IMG/VR virus record: IMGVR_UViG_3300044272_000001 | Coordinates: 1 to 37,053 of that record | Origin: a virus | Lineage: Duplodnaviria > Caudoviricetes | Length of the DNA stretch: 37,053 nucleotides | Direction: 5' to 3' (one strand) | Shown: positions 26,844 to 36,658 of the stretch, piece after piece | Position numbering within the stretch: position 1 is the stretch's first letter | Layout: every line of letters begins with the position of its first letter | Made by a program: the position numbers and the translations under genes | Notes under the pieces: generated by a model | Databases searched by the model: none | Told to the model about the DNA's origin: nothing | The model's input: the letters and a program-made list of their open reading frames with translations, nothing else

Positions 26844-27206
26844 ATGGAAAACATGAAACTTCCCATAGCTCTAGTTATGGCAATGGCTGTACAGCTTGCA
26901 GGTGGTGTTTGGTGGGTATCCCAACAAGCAGCTACTATATCATCACTAGAAGAAAATGTAGCACAGTTTGCTAGTCGTATGGCTGTAGAAGATACAGTAA
27001 ATTTTAAACGTGATGTACAAGAAAGTAAGTCTGACATACTAGAACTGTGGGAAGACAGTGATGAAATATGGGAAGAAATGGGTGCTATGGTTGCAACATT
27101 TAGTTCTGTTAATCAACTCAAACAAAGAATAGCTTTACTTGAAACAGAGTTAAAGTACATGAACCGTGAACATAATAGAATGATATTAAATGACGATGGT
27201 ATGTAG
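26844..27206 (+). CDS. Membrane-anchored coiled-coil protein
   Basis: N-terminal TM ending VWWVS, then heptad repeats. Confidence 0.7.
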   Translation: MENMKLPIALVMAMAVQLAGGVWWVSQQAATISSLEENVAQFASRMAVEDTVNFKRDVQESKSDILELWEDSDEIWEEMGAMVATFSSVNQLKQRIALLETELKYMNREHNRMILNDDGM

Positions 27207-27208
27207 TA

Positions 27209-27667
27209 ATGGACCCCATCACGATCCTCTCAGGAATAAAGTTAGGTCTAAGCACAGGGCGTAGCGTAGCTGCACTATCTAAAGACATAGGTAAATTTTT
27301 TGATGCAACAGATCAAGCCAAAAAACAATTACAGAAAAAAGGTATTTCTAGTAAAAGTGTTAATGCCACTGCACTAGACCGTTGGGCAAAGGTACGTCAA
27401 GCAGCCGAAGCTGAATCTGAGTTACAAGAGTGGATTACTCAATCATATGGCAGAAGTAAGTGGTTAGAACTTTTAAAAATACGCAAAGAAGTTCTTCAAG
27501 AAAAACGTGAGGCAGAAGCTCAAGCAAGACGTGAGGCTATAGAAAGACAAGAGTTAGCAGTAACCCTAGCAGGTATTTTCTTTCTTATTACAGCCTCTGC
27601 TATTGGCTCTACAGCATATCTTCATCATATGGGCTGGCTAAACATATGGGATTATTGGCCTTGGTAA
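27209..27667 (+). CDS. Membrane protein with C-terminal TM helix
   Basis: MDPITI start, helical body, LAGIFFLITASAIG TM. Confidence 0.7.
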   Translation: MDPITILSGIKLGLSTGRSVAALSKDIGKFFDATDQAKKQLQKKGISSKSVNATALDRWAKVRQAAEAESELQEWITQSYGRSKWLELLKIRKEVLQEKREAEAQARREAIERQELAVTLAGIFFLITASAIGSTAYLHHMGWLNIWDYWPW

Positions 27668-27693
27668 TTTATAAATATAAATAGGTAATTATA

Positions 27694-30003
27694 ATGGATA
27701 GAACTCAAACACAAACTTATCTAAATAAATTTTGGAACTATAATGGTTCTAACCAATCGGATGAGATACAAGCTTTTCTTGCATCTAATCCAGGTGCAGC
27801 TTCTGGTGTTGGGAAAATATCTAATGCATTAAATAAAATGACTCGTGGTAAACCTACAGCTAAATTAAACAAAGGTGGTTATATAAGAGGATATCAACCA
27901 GGTGGTTCAGTAAAAAAACCTACTCCCCCTAAAGAACCTACTGTCGTACAAGAGCCACAACCTATAGGACAAAAACCTCCTCAATATGGTTGGGGTTATA
28001 ATAGAACTGATGGTAGAACATTTGAATACGGTACAGCTTATCAAGTAGGTAAAGGTGATGCTAATACAGATAATCCAGTTACAAAAAGATACCCATTAGG
28101 AAATAAAGATGCTATTGCTAATGATGTTAAAAACTGGTTGGCTACAAACAATAAACCCTACGAAGAATGGAAATCAAAAAATCAACAGTATGAGCAAGAT
28201 AAAGCAAAATATGATCAGTATTTAAAAGATAAAACTAAATATGATCAAGATTTAGTCCAGTATCAACAAGATGTAAATGACTACAATCAGGCAGTAACAT
28301 TACAAACAGCAGAAAATATAGGTCAAACACAAGGTGCAGCTAGTGATTTAGCTATGAGAGCTTACACAGATCCAGCTTCATTAGTTCAACAACCAGACTT
28401 AGCAAAACTTGATCCTAGTGCTGAAGGTACAATTATTGGTTCTGGTGTAGGTCAAATACCAGATTTTACTCTTAATCCTATGGGTTTATCAGTAGGAACT
28501 CAACCAGGATATACTGCAACTAAAGCTACAGCAGCAGAGATAGATGCACCAGATCAATTAAAAGCTCAAACTATAGAAGCACAAGGTTCTCAACAAGGAA
28601 TACAATCTGCCCTACAAGGATTTACAGGAGCACAAGGGCAAATATCTGCACAAAGTCTTGTTAATGCAGCAACTACAGATCCTTCACAAACAGCAGTAGG
28701 TAATTTACAGGCTGCTCAAGGCACTGCAACTATGATGCAAAACCCTGTACAAAGGCAGATACAACAGGGAGAAATTGTTTCTGGTGTAGCAGATGCATCA
28801 AAAGCTTTAGAATTTATAGGTCAAACACAAGCTGCACAAGCTAGTCCATCTCAACAAGCTATGGTGCAGGAACAGTTATCTGAACTAATGCTAGATTTTC
28901 AAGGTGGTAATACACCTGCATGGGCTGCTGGTGCCATAAGAGGAGCCGTAGGTAAAATGGCTCAAAGAGGTTTAGGTGCTTCTAGTATTGCAGGACAGGC
29001 TATAGTGCAAGCCGCTATGGAATCTGCACTACCTATTGCACAAGCAGATGCACAAACAATAGCACAATTTGAAATGCAGAACTTGTCAAACCGTCAACAA
29101 ACTGCTATACTAGCAGCACAACAACGTGCTCAGTTTATAGGGCAAGAGTTTGATCAAGCATTTCAAGCAAGAGTTCAAAATGCTGCTCGTATTTCTGACA
29201 TAGCAAATATGAATTTTAGTGCAGAACAACAAGTAGCATTAGAAAACAGTCGTGCAGCAAACTCTATGAATATGGCTAACCTAAGTAATAAGCAAGCTAT
29301 AGTTATGGCAGAAGCTGCTGCTATATCACAATTAGAAATGGCTAACTTGTCGAATGAGCAACAGGCTGCTGTACAAAATGCACAAGCATTTTTAAACATG
29401 GATATGGCTAACCTAAACAATAGACAACAAGCTAACATGTTTAAAACACAGTCTATTGTACAATCTATATTTACTGATCAAGCAGCAGAGAATGCAGCTA
29501 GACAATTTAATGCTACTAGTCAAATGCAAACAGATCAGTTTATGGAAAATATGAAACAACAAGCAAGCATATTTAATGCTAATTCTTTAAATGCTACAGA
29601 GCAATTTAATGCAGGTCAAGAAAATGCATCTAAACAATATAACGAAGGACTGAGAGAGCAAAGAAAACAATTTAATGCTACTAACAGATTAGTTATTGCA
29701 CAAGCAAATGCTCAGTGGAGACAGAATGTTGCTACTTTAAATACTGCAGAAGAGAACGAAAATAACAGACAATTTGCCAAAGATGTAAATGGACTGACAG
29801 AAAAATCTTTAGATGAAGTTTGGCAAAGAGAAAGAGACTTAATGGATATGGCTTTTAGAGGTGAAGAAGGTAGGATGGATAGAATTTTAAGTTTGTTGTT
29901 AGCAGATAAAGATCTCCAATCAGCAAGAGAAACAATAGAATATGCAGATAACAAAGCTAAAACACAAACTCTTTTAAGATTGTTTTGGCCTTTTGGAGAC
30001 TAA
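27694..30003 (+). CDS. Gln/Ala/Asn-rich internal virion (ejection) protein
   Basis: NLSNxQQA and QFNA repeats; LNKGG and YQPGG near the N-terminus. Confidence 0.7.
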   Translation: MDRTQTQTYLNKFWNYNGSNQSDEIQAFLASNPGAASGVGKISNALNKMTRGKPTAKLNKGGYIRGYQPGGSVKKPTPPKEPTVVQEPQPIGQKPPQYGWGYNRTDGRTFEYGTAYQVGKGDANTDNPVTKRYPLGNKDAIANDVKNWLATNNKPYEEWKSKNQQYEQDKAKYDQYLKDKTKYDQDLVQYQQDVNDYNQAVTLQTAENIGQTQGAASDLAMRAYTDPASLVQQPDLAKLDPSAEGTIIGSGVGQIPDFTLNPMGLSVGTQPGYTATKATAAEIDAPDQLKAQTIEAQGSQQGIQSALQGFTGAQGQISAQSLVNAATTDPSQTAVGNLQAAQGTATMMQNPVQRQIQQGEIVSGVADASKALEFIGQTQAAQASPSQQAMVQEQLSELMLDFQGGNTPAWAAGAIRGAVGKMAQRGLGASSIAGQAIVQAAMESALPIAQADAQTIAQFEMQNLSNRQQTAILAAQQRAQFIGQEFDQAFQARVQNAARISDIANMNFSAEQQVALENSRAANSMNMANLSNKQAIVMAEAAAISQLEMANLSNEQQAAVQNAQAFLNMDMANLNNRQQANMFKTQSIVQSIFTDQAAENAARQFNATSQMQTDQFMENMKQQASIFNANSLNATEQFNAGQENASKQYNEGLREQRKQFNATNRLVIAQANAQWRQNVATLNTAEENENNRQFAKDVNGLTEKSLDEVWQRERDLMDMAFRGEEGRMDRILSLLLADKDLQSARETIEYADNKAKTQTLLRLFWPFGD

Positions 30004-30021
30004 AGAAAGAAAGAATAAATT

Positions 30022-30783
30022 ATGATGGAATCAAGAGTAGGTAGCTTTTCTTCTAGGATAAAAGATACAAAATCTAAAGTACAAAAAAGTTCTGGTAGTA
30101 TCATGTCTAGAGCATCTAAAACTCAAGACATGTTAGATGAACTTGATCAACCTGTTAGTTATTTTACTGATAAAATTTCTGAGTTTGATTTTGGTGATAT
30201 CTCTTTAAAGAAAATATTAAAAGAAGGAGAATCATTAAGACCTAAAACTAGGGCAGAAGGTGTTGGTGCAGCAGAAATAAATAAATCTTCTACTTGGAAA
30301 GAGATGGCAGAAAAAAGTTTAATTAAGTTTGAAGGATTTAAAGGTGAAGCATATTGGGATGTAGATCATTACAGAGTAGGTTACGGTACTGACACTTTAT
30401 ATGATGAAAGTGGTAAGCCTATTGAGGTCACTCAGAATACTGTCGTAAGTAAGGAACAAGCTCTTAAATCACTTAGAAAAAGAATAACAGAAGATTTTGT
30501 ACCTATTATTAAGAACAGTCTTGGTGACTCTTGGGATGGTTTATCTGATCATGCTAAAGCAGCAACAGTATCTATTACTTATAACTACGGTAGAGTTCCT
30601 GAAAGAATAAGAGGTGCGTTAAAGTCTGGAGATAATAATGCAATAGCAAATGCTATTTTAGAATTAGCTGATGATAATGATGGTGTAAATAAAAACCGTA
30701 GAATTATGGAAGCAGAACTAGTTAAGTTATCTCAAGCACAAAAGAAAAATAAGTCACTAGTTGAGAGAAGGAAAGACAGATGA
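30022..30783 (+). CDS. Virion-associated lysozyme (GH24-like)
   Basis: KFEGF...YWD....VGYGT, SITYNYG, NRRIMEA. Confidence 0.8.
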   Translation: MMESRVGSFSSRIKDTKSKVQKSSGSIMSRASKTQDMLDELDQPVSYFTDKISEFDFGDISLKKILKEGESLRPKTRAEGVGAAEINKSSTWKEMAEKSLIKFEGFKGEAYWDVDHYRVGYGTDTLYDESGKPIEVTQNTVVSKEQALKSLRKRITEDFVPIIKNSLGDSWDGLSDHAKAATVSITYNYGRVPERIRGALKSGDNNAIANAILELADDNDGVNKNRRIMEAELVKLSQAQKKNKSLVERRKDR

Positions 30784-31319
30784 GAGAAGAAGCTTTCGAC
30801 TTTACAGCACCAATTCCTGGGCAGTCTTTAACTAGAGAGCCAGGAAATGCACCTTACGAACAACCACCAGAAATTGCTAGTGCTGAACAAGCATTGATGG
30901 GGCATCTAAATTTCTTTAATGATGTCGATGTGTTAGAAGCAGTTGTTGATGCAATAGACTTTGGTTTTGATATTGAAAGTATTGTCGAAGCTTATTTAAG
31001 AGCATCTGTTCTAGAAGGTATACATACTATTGATGTTAGTTTAGCAATTAAAAAACCACTGATGGATTTTCTAGCTAAAGTTTTAGATGCTGTAGGTGTA
31101 GCATACTCAATGACTGAACAAGATTTACCTGAAGAAATAGATAGAACTTTACTTGATATTGATAAAGAACTTCAGGCTTTAAAGAAAGATGAAACTCCAA
31201 GAGAAGTTCTTGTTGAAGAGTTTGGTAATTTAGAACTAAAAGAATTAGAAACAGAAAAACCTATGGAAGAGGATATAGTAGAAGAAGCTCCCAAAGGTTT
31301 AATGGCAAGAGGTACGTAA
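30780..31319 (+). CDS. Acidic internal virion-region protein
   Basis: APIPGQSLTREPGNAPYEQPP; ends KGLMARGT. Confidence 0.7.
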   Translation: MREEAFDFTAPIPGQSLTREPGNAPYEQPPEIASAEQALMGHLNFFNDVDVLEAVVDAIDFGFDIESIVEAYLRASVLEGIHTIDVSLAIKKPLMDFLAKVLDAVGVAYSMTEQDLPEEIDRTLLDIDKELQALKKDETPREVLVEEFGNLELKELETEKPMEEDIVEEAPKGLMARGT

Positions 31320-31320
31320 T

Positions 31321-32445
31321 ATGAGTTTAGGTTTTTGGGCAGGTGCAAATGCTTTCTTAGAAGAAAAAGAAGCACAAAAAATAAAAAGAGAAGAGTTCTT
31401 AATGGAACAACTGGAAAAAACAAAGTCACTTGTTATACCAGAACTTATAGCTAGATTAGATAAGAAGAAAGCAGGACAAGAAGAAAGGAAATCTAGAGTT
31501 GCACAAGCACAACTGATGTATAAGTTTAGTCGTAGATCTGCATTAGCATTAGAAAAAACAGGACAGCTAGAGTTTGAGCTTGAGAAACTTTCTAAGATGG
31601 ATGTATCTGGTAAATATATAGAAGAATTAACAGGGATGATTGAAAATAAATTAGATCCTAAAGATCCAGACTATGATGAGATATTAGCTAAAGCTGTTCA
31701 AGCAGGTCTAGATACAAATATGATAACTGATGATGAAAGACTAGAGGGATTGTTAGCTGCTATTCATGCTACTGACAAAGGAGAGTTAGATGAAGCATTA
31801 ATAGATTTGTTACCTACACAGGAATCTGAAACTTTAAAGCCATCTAGAATAAATTATAACCAATTAAAAGGTGCTAAAACAAAAGACACCACTGCTATTC
31901 GTGTAAGAAATAATATAGCAGAAAGAATTGCACCAATGTTAAAAGCTACAATCGTTAGACCTGACGGAAATACTGGATTAGAATCTTACAGTTTTAATAG
32001 TGCTAAAGCAAATGAAATACTATTAAAGGTAACAGATAGTATAGTAGAGAAATTTGTTCTTCCACAGATTGGACAAGAAGAAGAAGAGCTTATTCGTATG
32101 GCTTCTAATATTGTTCAAGACTATTCAAATCTTGTAAAAGAGGATTCTTCTTATGAAGAAGACCCTGAACATTTTGATTTATACTTTGATGAAATTTTTA
32201 TGGACAGTATAAAAAGTGATCAAGCTAATGCTACAGAGTTGTGGAAACAAAAATTGAATGTGCCAGAAGTAACAACTCATACACATTCTGATGGTACACC
32301 ACCACATGGTGGACATGATGGTGATGCTCCAGGACATGGTCACACTTCTCCATCACCTGAACAACAAACTGAAGAACAAACTGAAGAACCAGATCCAAAT
32401 TTTGAACCAGGACTTCCAGAAGAATTACAAGTACCAACAGAATAG
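31321..32445 (+). CDS. Internal virion (ejection) protein with His-rich C-terminal tail
   Basis: Amphipathic N-terminus LGFWAGA, helical body, HTHSDGTPPHGGHDGDAPGHGH. Confidence 0.65.
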   Translation: MSLGFWAGANAFLEEKEAQKIKREEFLMEQLEKTKSLVIPELIARLDKKKAGQEERKSRVAQAQLMYKFSRRSALALEKTGQLEFELEKLSKMDVSGKYIEELTGMIENKLDPKDPDYDEILAKAVQAGLDTNMITDDERLEGLLAAIHATDKGELDEALIDLLPTQESETLKPSRINYNQLKGAKTKDTTAIRVRNNIAERIAPMLKATIVRPDGNTGLESYSFNSAKANEILLKVTDSIVEKFVLPQIGQEEEELIRMASNIVQDYSNLVKEDSSYEEDPEHFDLYFDEIFMDSIKSDQANATELWKQKLNVPEVTTHTHSDGTPPHGGHDGDAPGHGHTSPSPEQQTEEQTEEPDPNFEPGLPEELQVPTE

Positions 32446-32456
32446 GCACACAATAA

Positions 32457-35400
32457 ATGGCTGACTATATAAATAGAGCAGAAGATAGTTATTTTACAGA
32501 TTTAATTGATGATGAAACTTTTGGTGAAGACCTTAAAAAGTTTTTTACTGGTGGTCGATATAACTATTCTCAAAAAGAAATAGAAGAAAAAGGTGTTGAA
32601 GGTCTTGCAAATGATTTTGCAGAACATATGAGATATCAATCTACGAATGAAACAACAGCAGTAAAAGATTTGCTTTACGTTCAAAGAGACTATGAAACGA
32701 ATGAAAAAATTCCTGAAGCAGTGGGTAGAGATAGAAGAGTAAAAGAAGGTAAGAAAGCTTTCGGTAGATTAATGCAAGCCTACGACATGAGTGCAGGTGG
32801 TGGAGATGGATCTATAGGAAGTAAACTAGAAGGTGCAGGAGATTACCTTAAAGCCTTTGTTTCCTCGCCTTCTACACTCCTTACTGTAGGTACACTAGGA
32901 ACTGGTATCTTTTCTAAGATAGCAGCTAGAGGTGCTTCTAAAGCTACACAGATGTCTATCAGAGCACATATGTCTAAGATGTTATCTGAAGGTGTAAAAG
33001 AAGCTGCAGTAAAAGAAAAGTTTAAGAAGACTCTTGGTGCAGGTGCAGCTAAAGGTGCAGGTGCTGCAATAGCTATAGAAGGATCTCTTGGTGGTGGTAT
33101 GTCGTATGCATCTAATGAAGCAAGGGCAGGAACAATAGATGATTACACCTATACAAAGGGTGATGTAATAATGGATGGCCTTGTATCAGGAGCTTTTGGT
33201 GGAGTTATGGGTGGAGCTTTCGGAGCATTAGATGCTAAGAAAGTAAATAACGCTATAGATATTACCATGAGAAATCTTAAAGCTGGTAGTAAAGCAAAAG
33301 CTAAAGCAAAACAAGAAGCAGTAGCAACTATTACAAATGCTAAACCATCAGTGATAGACAGTACTTTAGAAGATGTTGTTGATGTAGTTAATGTTGTTAG
33401 AGCAAAAAAATTAAAACAAAAATTAGACCCTCTTGATCCAGAGATGGTAAAGATGGGTCAAGATTTAAAGAGAGAAGTTTTAAGTACCAAACGTAACAAG
33501 ATTCTTGATTCAGGTTTAGATACAGATACTATTAAAAGTATTATGGCTGCTGCTATTGAAATGAAAGGTAAACTAAAAGTTGGTAAAGGACAGAGAATAA
33601 CTTCAGCAATAGCAGACCAATTAAGAGGAGATGTAGAACCTACAATAACTTCAAAAGAAGCAAATGCAATAAGAGAAAAGTATAATTTATCTGCAGAAGA
33701 GTTTTCTTATATATTTTTAGCAGAGCTATCTAAAGCAGGTAAACTTCTTGGGGAAGCAAGCCAAGTAAAAAGAGTATTTAGTAATATAGATGTACTAGCT
33801 AATCATGGTATATCTAGTTTAGCTGATAGAGAAGTTGCAGATATTTTTGAAGCTGTTGGTGGTAGAGAACAAGGTTTTAAAAATAAAAATAAAAATGCAC
33901 CTAGTATTCCTCAAAATGCTTTAAGGTTAGCGCAAGATACAGACGCATTAAGAATTGCATTTATGACCTCTCAAGTAGGTACAACTATTGCTAACGTAAC
34001 AACACAAGGTTTCAATACTTTTATTGATATATCAGATCAGTTTTGGAAAAACGTGCTACGCAGTACAGTCGGTAACAAAATGCCCGATGGTACTGTAGAT
34101 AGACGTTGGGTAACTGGTACATTATCTAATTTACGTGGATTAACTATGAACCGTGAAGAAGCAATGGTTCTTAAAGATATGTTAATGGAAGATGCACCGT
34201 TTAAATATAGAGATTTATTCTATGAAAATACTCGTGCATTGAATCATATGAATAGTCAAAGTATGATGGCTCGTGCTGGTAGATTAGTAAATAAAGCTAA
34301 CATTATGACAGATGCAGTATTTAAGCAATCCTATTTATATGCTTCTATAGATAGGCAATTAAGAGAAGTAAATGTACCTGCTGTTTTGGTTAGAAATGAA
34401 CAGGGTCAAGTAGTAGAAACAAGACCAATAGGTAGAAATTTTTCTGAATTTATTTTAAATGGTAACTCTGTTAGAGATTTACCAGAAAAAGTATTAGACA
34501 AAGCAATAGACGATGCAAAAAGATTTACTTTTCAAAGAGACTATAAAAAAGATGTATCCCTCTTTGGTCGTGGTGCTTCTGCAATGCAACAACTACATAG
34601 GAAATACCCATTCTTAATTTCTGCAGGTGCGGATATACCGTTCCCAAGATACATAGCAAACCATTTAGAATACATAAATGATTATACTCCTATCGGTATG
34701 GTTACTGGTGGTCTAGATAAAATAGATGAATTAACTAAACGTAGTTTGGGTAGTGCTTGGAGTGATGGAATAAAGACAGGTAGAGATAGACTTGCAAGAC
34801 AGATGACAGGTGTAGGTCTATTATTGGGTGGTATCTATGCAGCAGCAGCTAAACAAGGTGAAATAGATTTTGATAAACTAGAACTTGAAGGTGGTAGAGG
34901 TGAATTAGACATGGCTAGGGTTGCTGGTCCTTGGGCAGCTAACCTTTTATTAGGTGATTTAATCTATAGACATGCTACTGATAAACCTATTAACCCTACA
35001 ACAACAAGTGAAAATATAAGAGAGATAATGGGTGGTGTTCCAGATATAGGAACAGGATCTTTTAATTTAGAGTTTCCTCTTATAAGAGAGTTGGTTAAGT
35101 CAGTAGAACGTGGAGAGGCTACAGAAGGTCTTGAAAAAGAATTAGGTAGTATCATGGCTACGTTTACTTACCCTGCAACTATTGCAAGAGATGTCTACGC
35201 ACAGATAAACTTTGACTCAGCAGGTAATCCTTACACAAGACCAATGCTTCCTGGAGAAGCAGATCAAACAGATATATTTGGGGAAAGAAATTTTATCTCA
35301 GATATTATTAATAGTGAGATGTTAAAGAACCAAGCTACTAGATTTCTACTCGATTCTAATATGTTTAGTTACAACCAATCTAGAACACCTGTCTCTGGTA

Positions 35401-36086
35401 AAACTGGTTACGACTACAAACTGTATAGTATTTTTAATCCTAATGCAGTAGGTAGTTATAATCCTATCACTAAACAATTCGGTATGACACAAGAGCCACC
35501 AAGCACTGGTCTACAAAGAGAGATCACACGACTTAATTTAAAAGACTACAAACTGTACACAAATAAAAGTGTTCGTAACAGTAGTCTAGCTTACCAAGTA
35601 CAATACAATTTATCTCAGAAACTACCTGCTTTATTTGAAGTGTGGAGAAAAGGTATACCACTAGGTGGTAAAAACAATCCTTATGCAGACCTTACCTACG
35701 ATGAACTAGATGCACTGCCTATAGACCCTAAAGATATAGAATCTTATAAAGCTAAATTTCTTGATGCTTATATTAAAGGGCAAATTAAAAAAGAGGAAGA
35801 GGCTGTAAAAGCAGCCTTTGAAGATGCTCTATTAGATCCTAAATTAAAAAAGAGAACTATAGGATATATAAGAAATCAATATGAATTGATAACAGCAAAA
35901 TTTGGTAAAGTTGATAATGTCATAGATAGAAACCCTGATAAGTTTGACGGTGCTGAAACTGCTAAAGAGTATCTATCTAGAGCTACAGATATTGAGGATG
36001 AGATAAACAGACGATTATATATTCTGGACGTGATAGAAGAAGAAGAAGCTGGAGGTATAGGTGAACCGCTTCAGGTAGGAGACTAA
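32457..36086 (+). CDS. Large internal virion (ejection) protein
   Basis: 1209 aa, last gene of the late arm; Gly/Ala-rich membrane-type segments; TFQ and PFPRY motifs. Confidence 0.7.
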   Translation: MADYINRAEDSYFTDLIDDETFGEDLKKFFTGGRYNYSQKEIEEKGVEGLANDFAEHMRYQSTNETTAVKDLLYVQRDYETNEKIPEAVGRDRRVKEGKKAFGRLMQAYDMSAGGGDGSIGSKLEGAGDYLKAFVSSPSTLLTVGTLGTGIFSKIAARGASKATQMSIRAHMSKMLSEGVKEAAVKEKFKKTLGAGAAKGAGAAIAIEGSLGGGMSYASNEARAGTIDDYTYTKGDVIMDGLVSGAFGGVMGGAFGALDAKKVNNAIDITMRNLKAGSKAKAKAKQEAVATITNAKPSVIDSTLEDVVDVVNVVRAKKLKQKLDPLDPEMVKMGQDLKREVLSTKRNKILDSGLDTDTIKSIMAAAIEMKGKLKVGKGQRITSAIADQLRGDVEPTITSKEANAIREKYNLSAEEFSYIFLAELSKAGKLLGEASQVKRVFSNIDVLANHGISSLADREVADIFEAVGGREQGFKNKNKNAPSIPQNALRLAQDTDALRIAFMTSQVGTTIANVTTQGFNTFIDISDQFWKNVLRSTVGNKMPDGTVDRRWVTGTLSNLRGLTMNREEAMVLKDMLMEDAPFKYRDLFYENTRALNHMNSQSMMARAGRLVNKANIMTDAVFKQSYLYASIDRQLREVNVPAVLVRNEQGQVVETRPIGRNFSEFILNGNSVRDLPEKVLDKAIDDAKRFTFQRDYKKDVSLFGRGASAMQQLHRKYPFLISAGADIPFPRYIANHLEYINDYTPIGMVTGGLDKIDELTKRSLGSAWSDGIKTGRDRLARQMTGVGLLLGGIYAAAAKQGEIDFDKLELEGGRGELDMARVAGPWAANLLLGDLIYRHATDKPINPTTTSENIREIMGGVPDIGTGSFNLEFPLIRELVKSVERGEATEGLEKELGSIMATFTYPATIARDVYAQINFDSAGNPYTRPMLPGEADQTDIFGERNFISDIINSEMLKNQATRFLLDSNMFSYNQSRTPVSGKTGYDYKLYSIFNPNAVGSYNPITKQFGMTQEPPSTGLQREITRLNLKDYKLYTNKSVRNSSLAYQVQYNLSQKLPALFEVWRKGIPLGGKNNPYADLTYDELDALPIDPKDIESYKAKFLDAYIKGQIKKEEEAVKAAFEDALLDPKLKKRTIGYIRNQYELITAKFGKVDNVIDRNPDKFDGAETAKEYLSRATDIEDEINRRLYILDVIEEEEAGGIGEPLQVGD

Positions 36087-36286
36087 TCATCTTCTAACAT
36101 AAAGTCAGCCCAATCGTAAGCTGCTTTCTTTATATCATACATTTGAGATGCCCCTCTACTGTGAACGAGTAACCCAGCAAGTGCTTGACCTGCTAGGTAT
36201 CTTCTCGCAGTGAGGGGCTTCATTGTTTTTGGGCTTCTCTTAGTCTGTGTAAACTTTCTCGCTTCTTCTGCTAATTTTTTGCTCAT
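36083..36286 (-). CDS. Small phage protein
   Basis: RRYLAGQALAGLL...AYDWADFML, a common small phage family pattern. Confidence 0.7.
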   Translation of the reverse strand: MSKKLAEEARKFTQTKRSPKTMKPLTARRYLAGQALAGLLVHSRGASQMYDIKKAAYDWADFMLEDD

Positions 36287-36473
36287 GCTCTTTTACTTTT
36301 TTTAGGTTGGTAAAGTAGGCTGTATTAAAACCAAACTCCCAACTTCTATTGTTATTAGTATTGGTCGGGTAGGGATTACCCAACTCACCTTTTTTAAAAG
36401 CAACCTGACCTTCATTGAAGGGGTTTACTTTCTTTTTGCCTTCATTGCGTCTAGCATTTTGTTTAGATACCAT
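36240..36473 (-). CDS. Small protein, weakly Rmf/CrpP-like (start uncertain)
   Basis: EG..AF..G...NPY.......W..GF pattern. Confidence 0.55.
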   Translation of the reverse strand: MVSKQNARRNEGKKKVNPFNEGQVAFKKGELGNPYPTNTNNNRSWEFGFNTAYFTNLKKVKEHEQKISRRSEKVYTD

Positions 36474-36658
36474 TGTGCCTTCTCCATATCTTCTACAGGG
36501 TTAGTCTTATATCTATGTCGGTGTTGATACTTTATCATATTACCATGACAGTATGCTATGAAACCATCTTCACCTAATACTTGCTTTATATAATCAATAC
36601 ACTCTATACCACCATCTAAATTATAGTGGGCAGGTTTATTAACAGGGTCGTACTTCAT
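36425..36658 (-). CDS. DUF3310 protein (T7 gp1.7/SaV-like)
   Basis: DPVNKPAHY...IECIDYI...GN.IKY..R...K....ED.EKA.WYL. Confidence 0.9.
   Translation of the reverse strand: MKYDPVNKPAHYNLDGGIECIDYIKQVLGEDGFIAYCHGNMIKYQHRHRYKTNPVEDMEKAQWYLNKMLDAMKAKRK

Noticed and set aside
2764-35155. Minus-strand ORFs in the track (e.g. 2764, 4075, 10666, 13819, 18181, 29175, 34964)
   Set aside because: They are antisense shadows of long + strand genes, with no recognisable motifs and composition explained by the sense codon bias
603-36086. Stop-codon reassignment
   Set aside because: Genes are full-length and tightly packed under the standard code, and all three stops end genes
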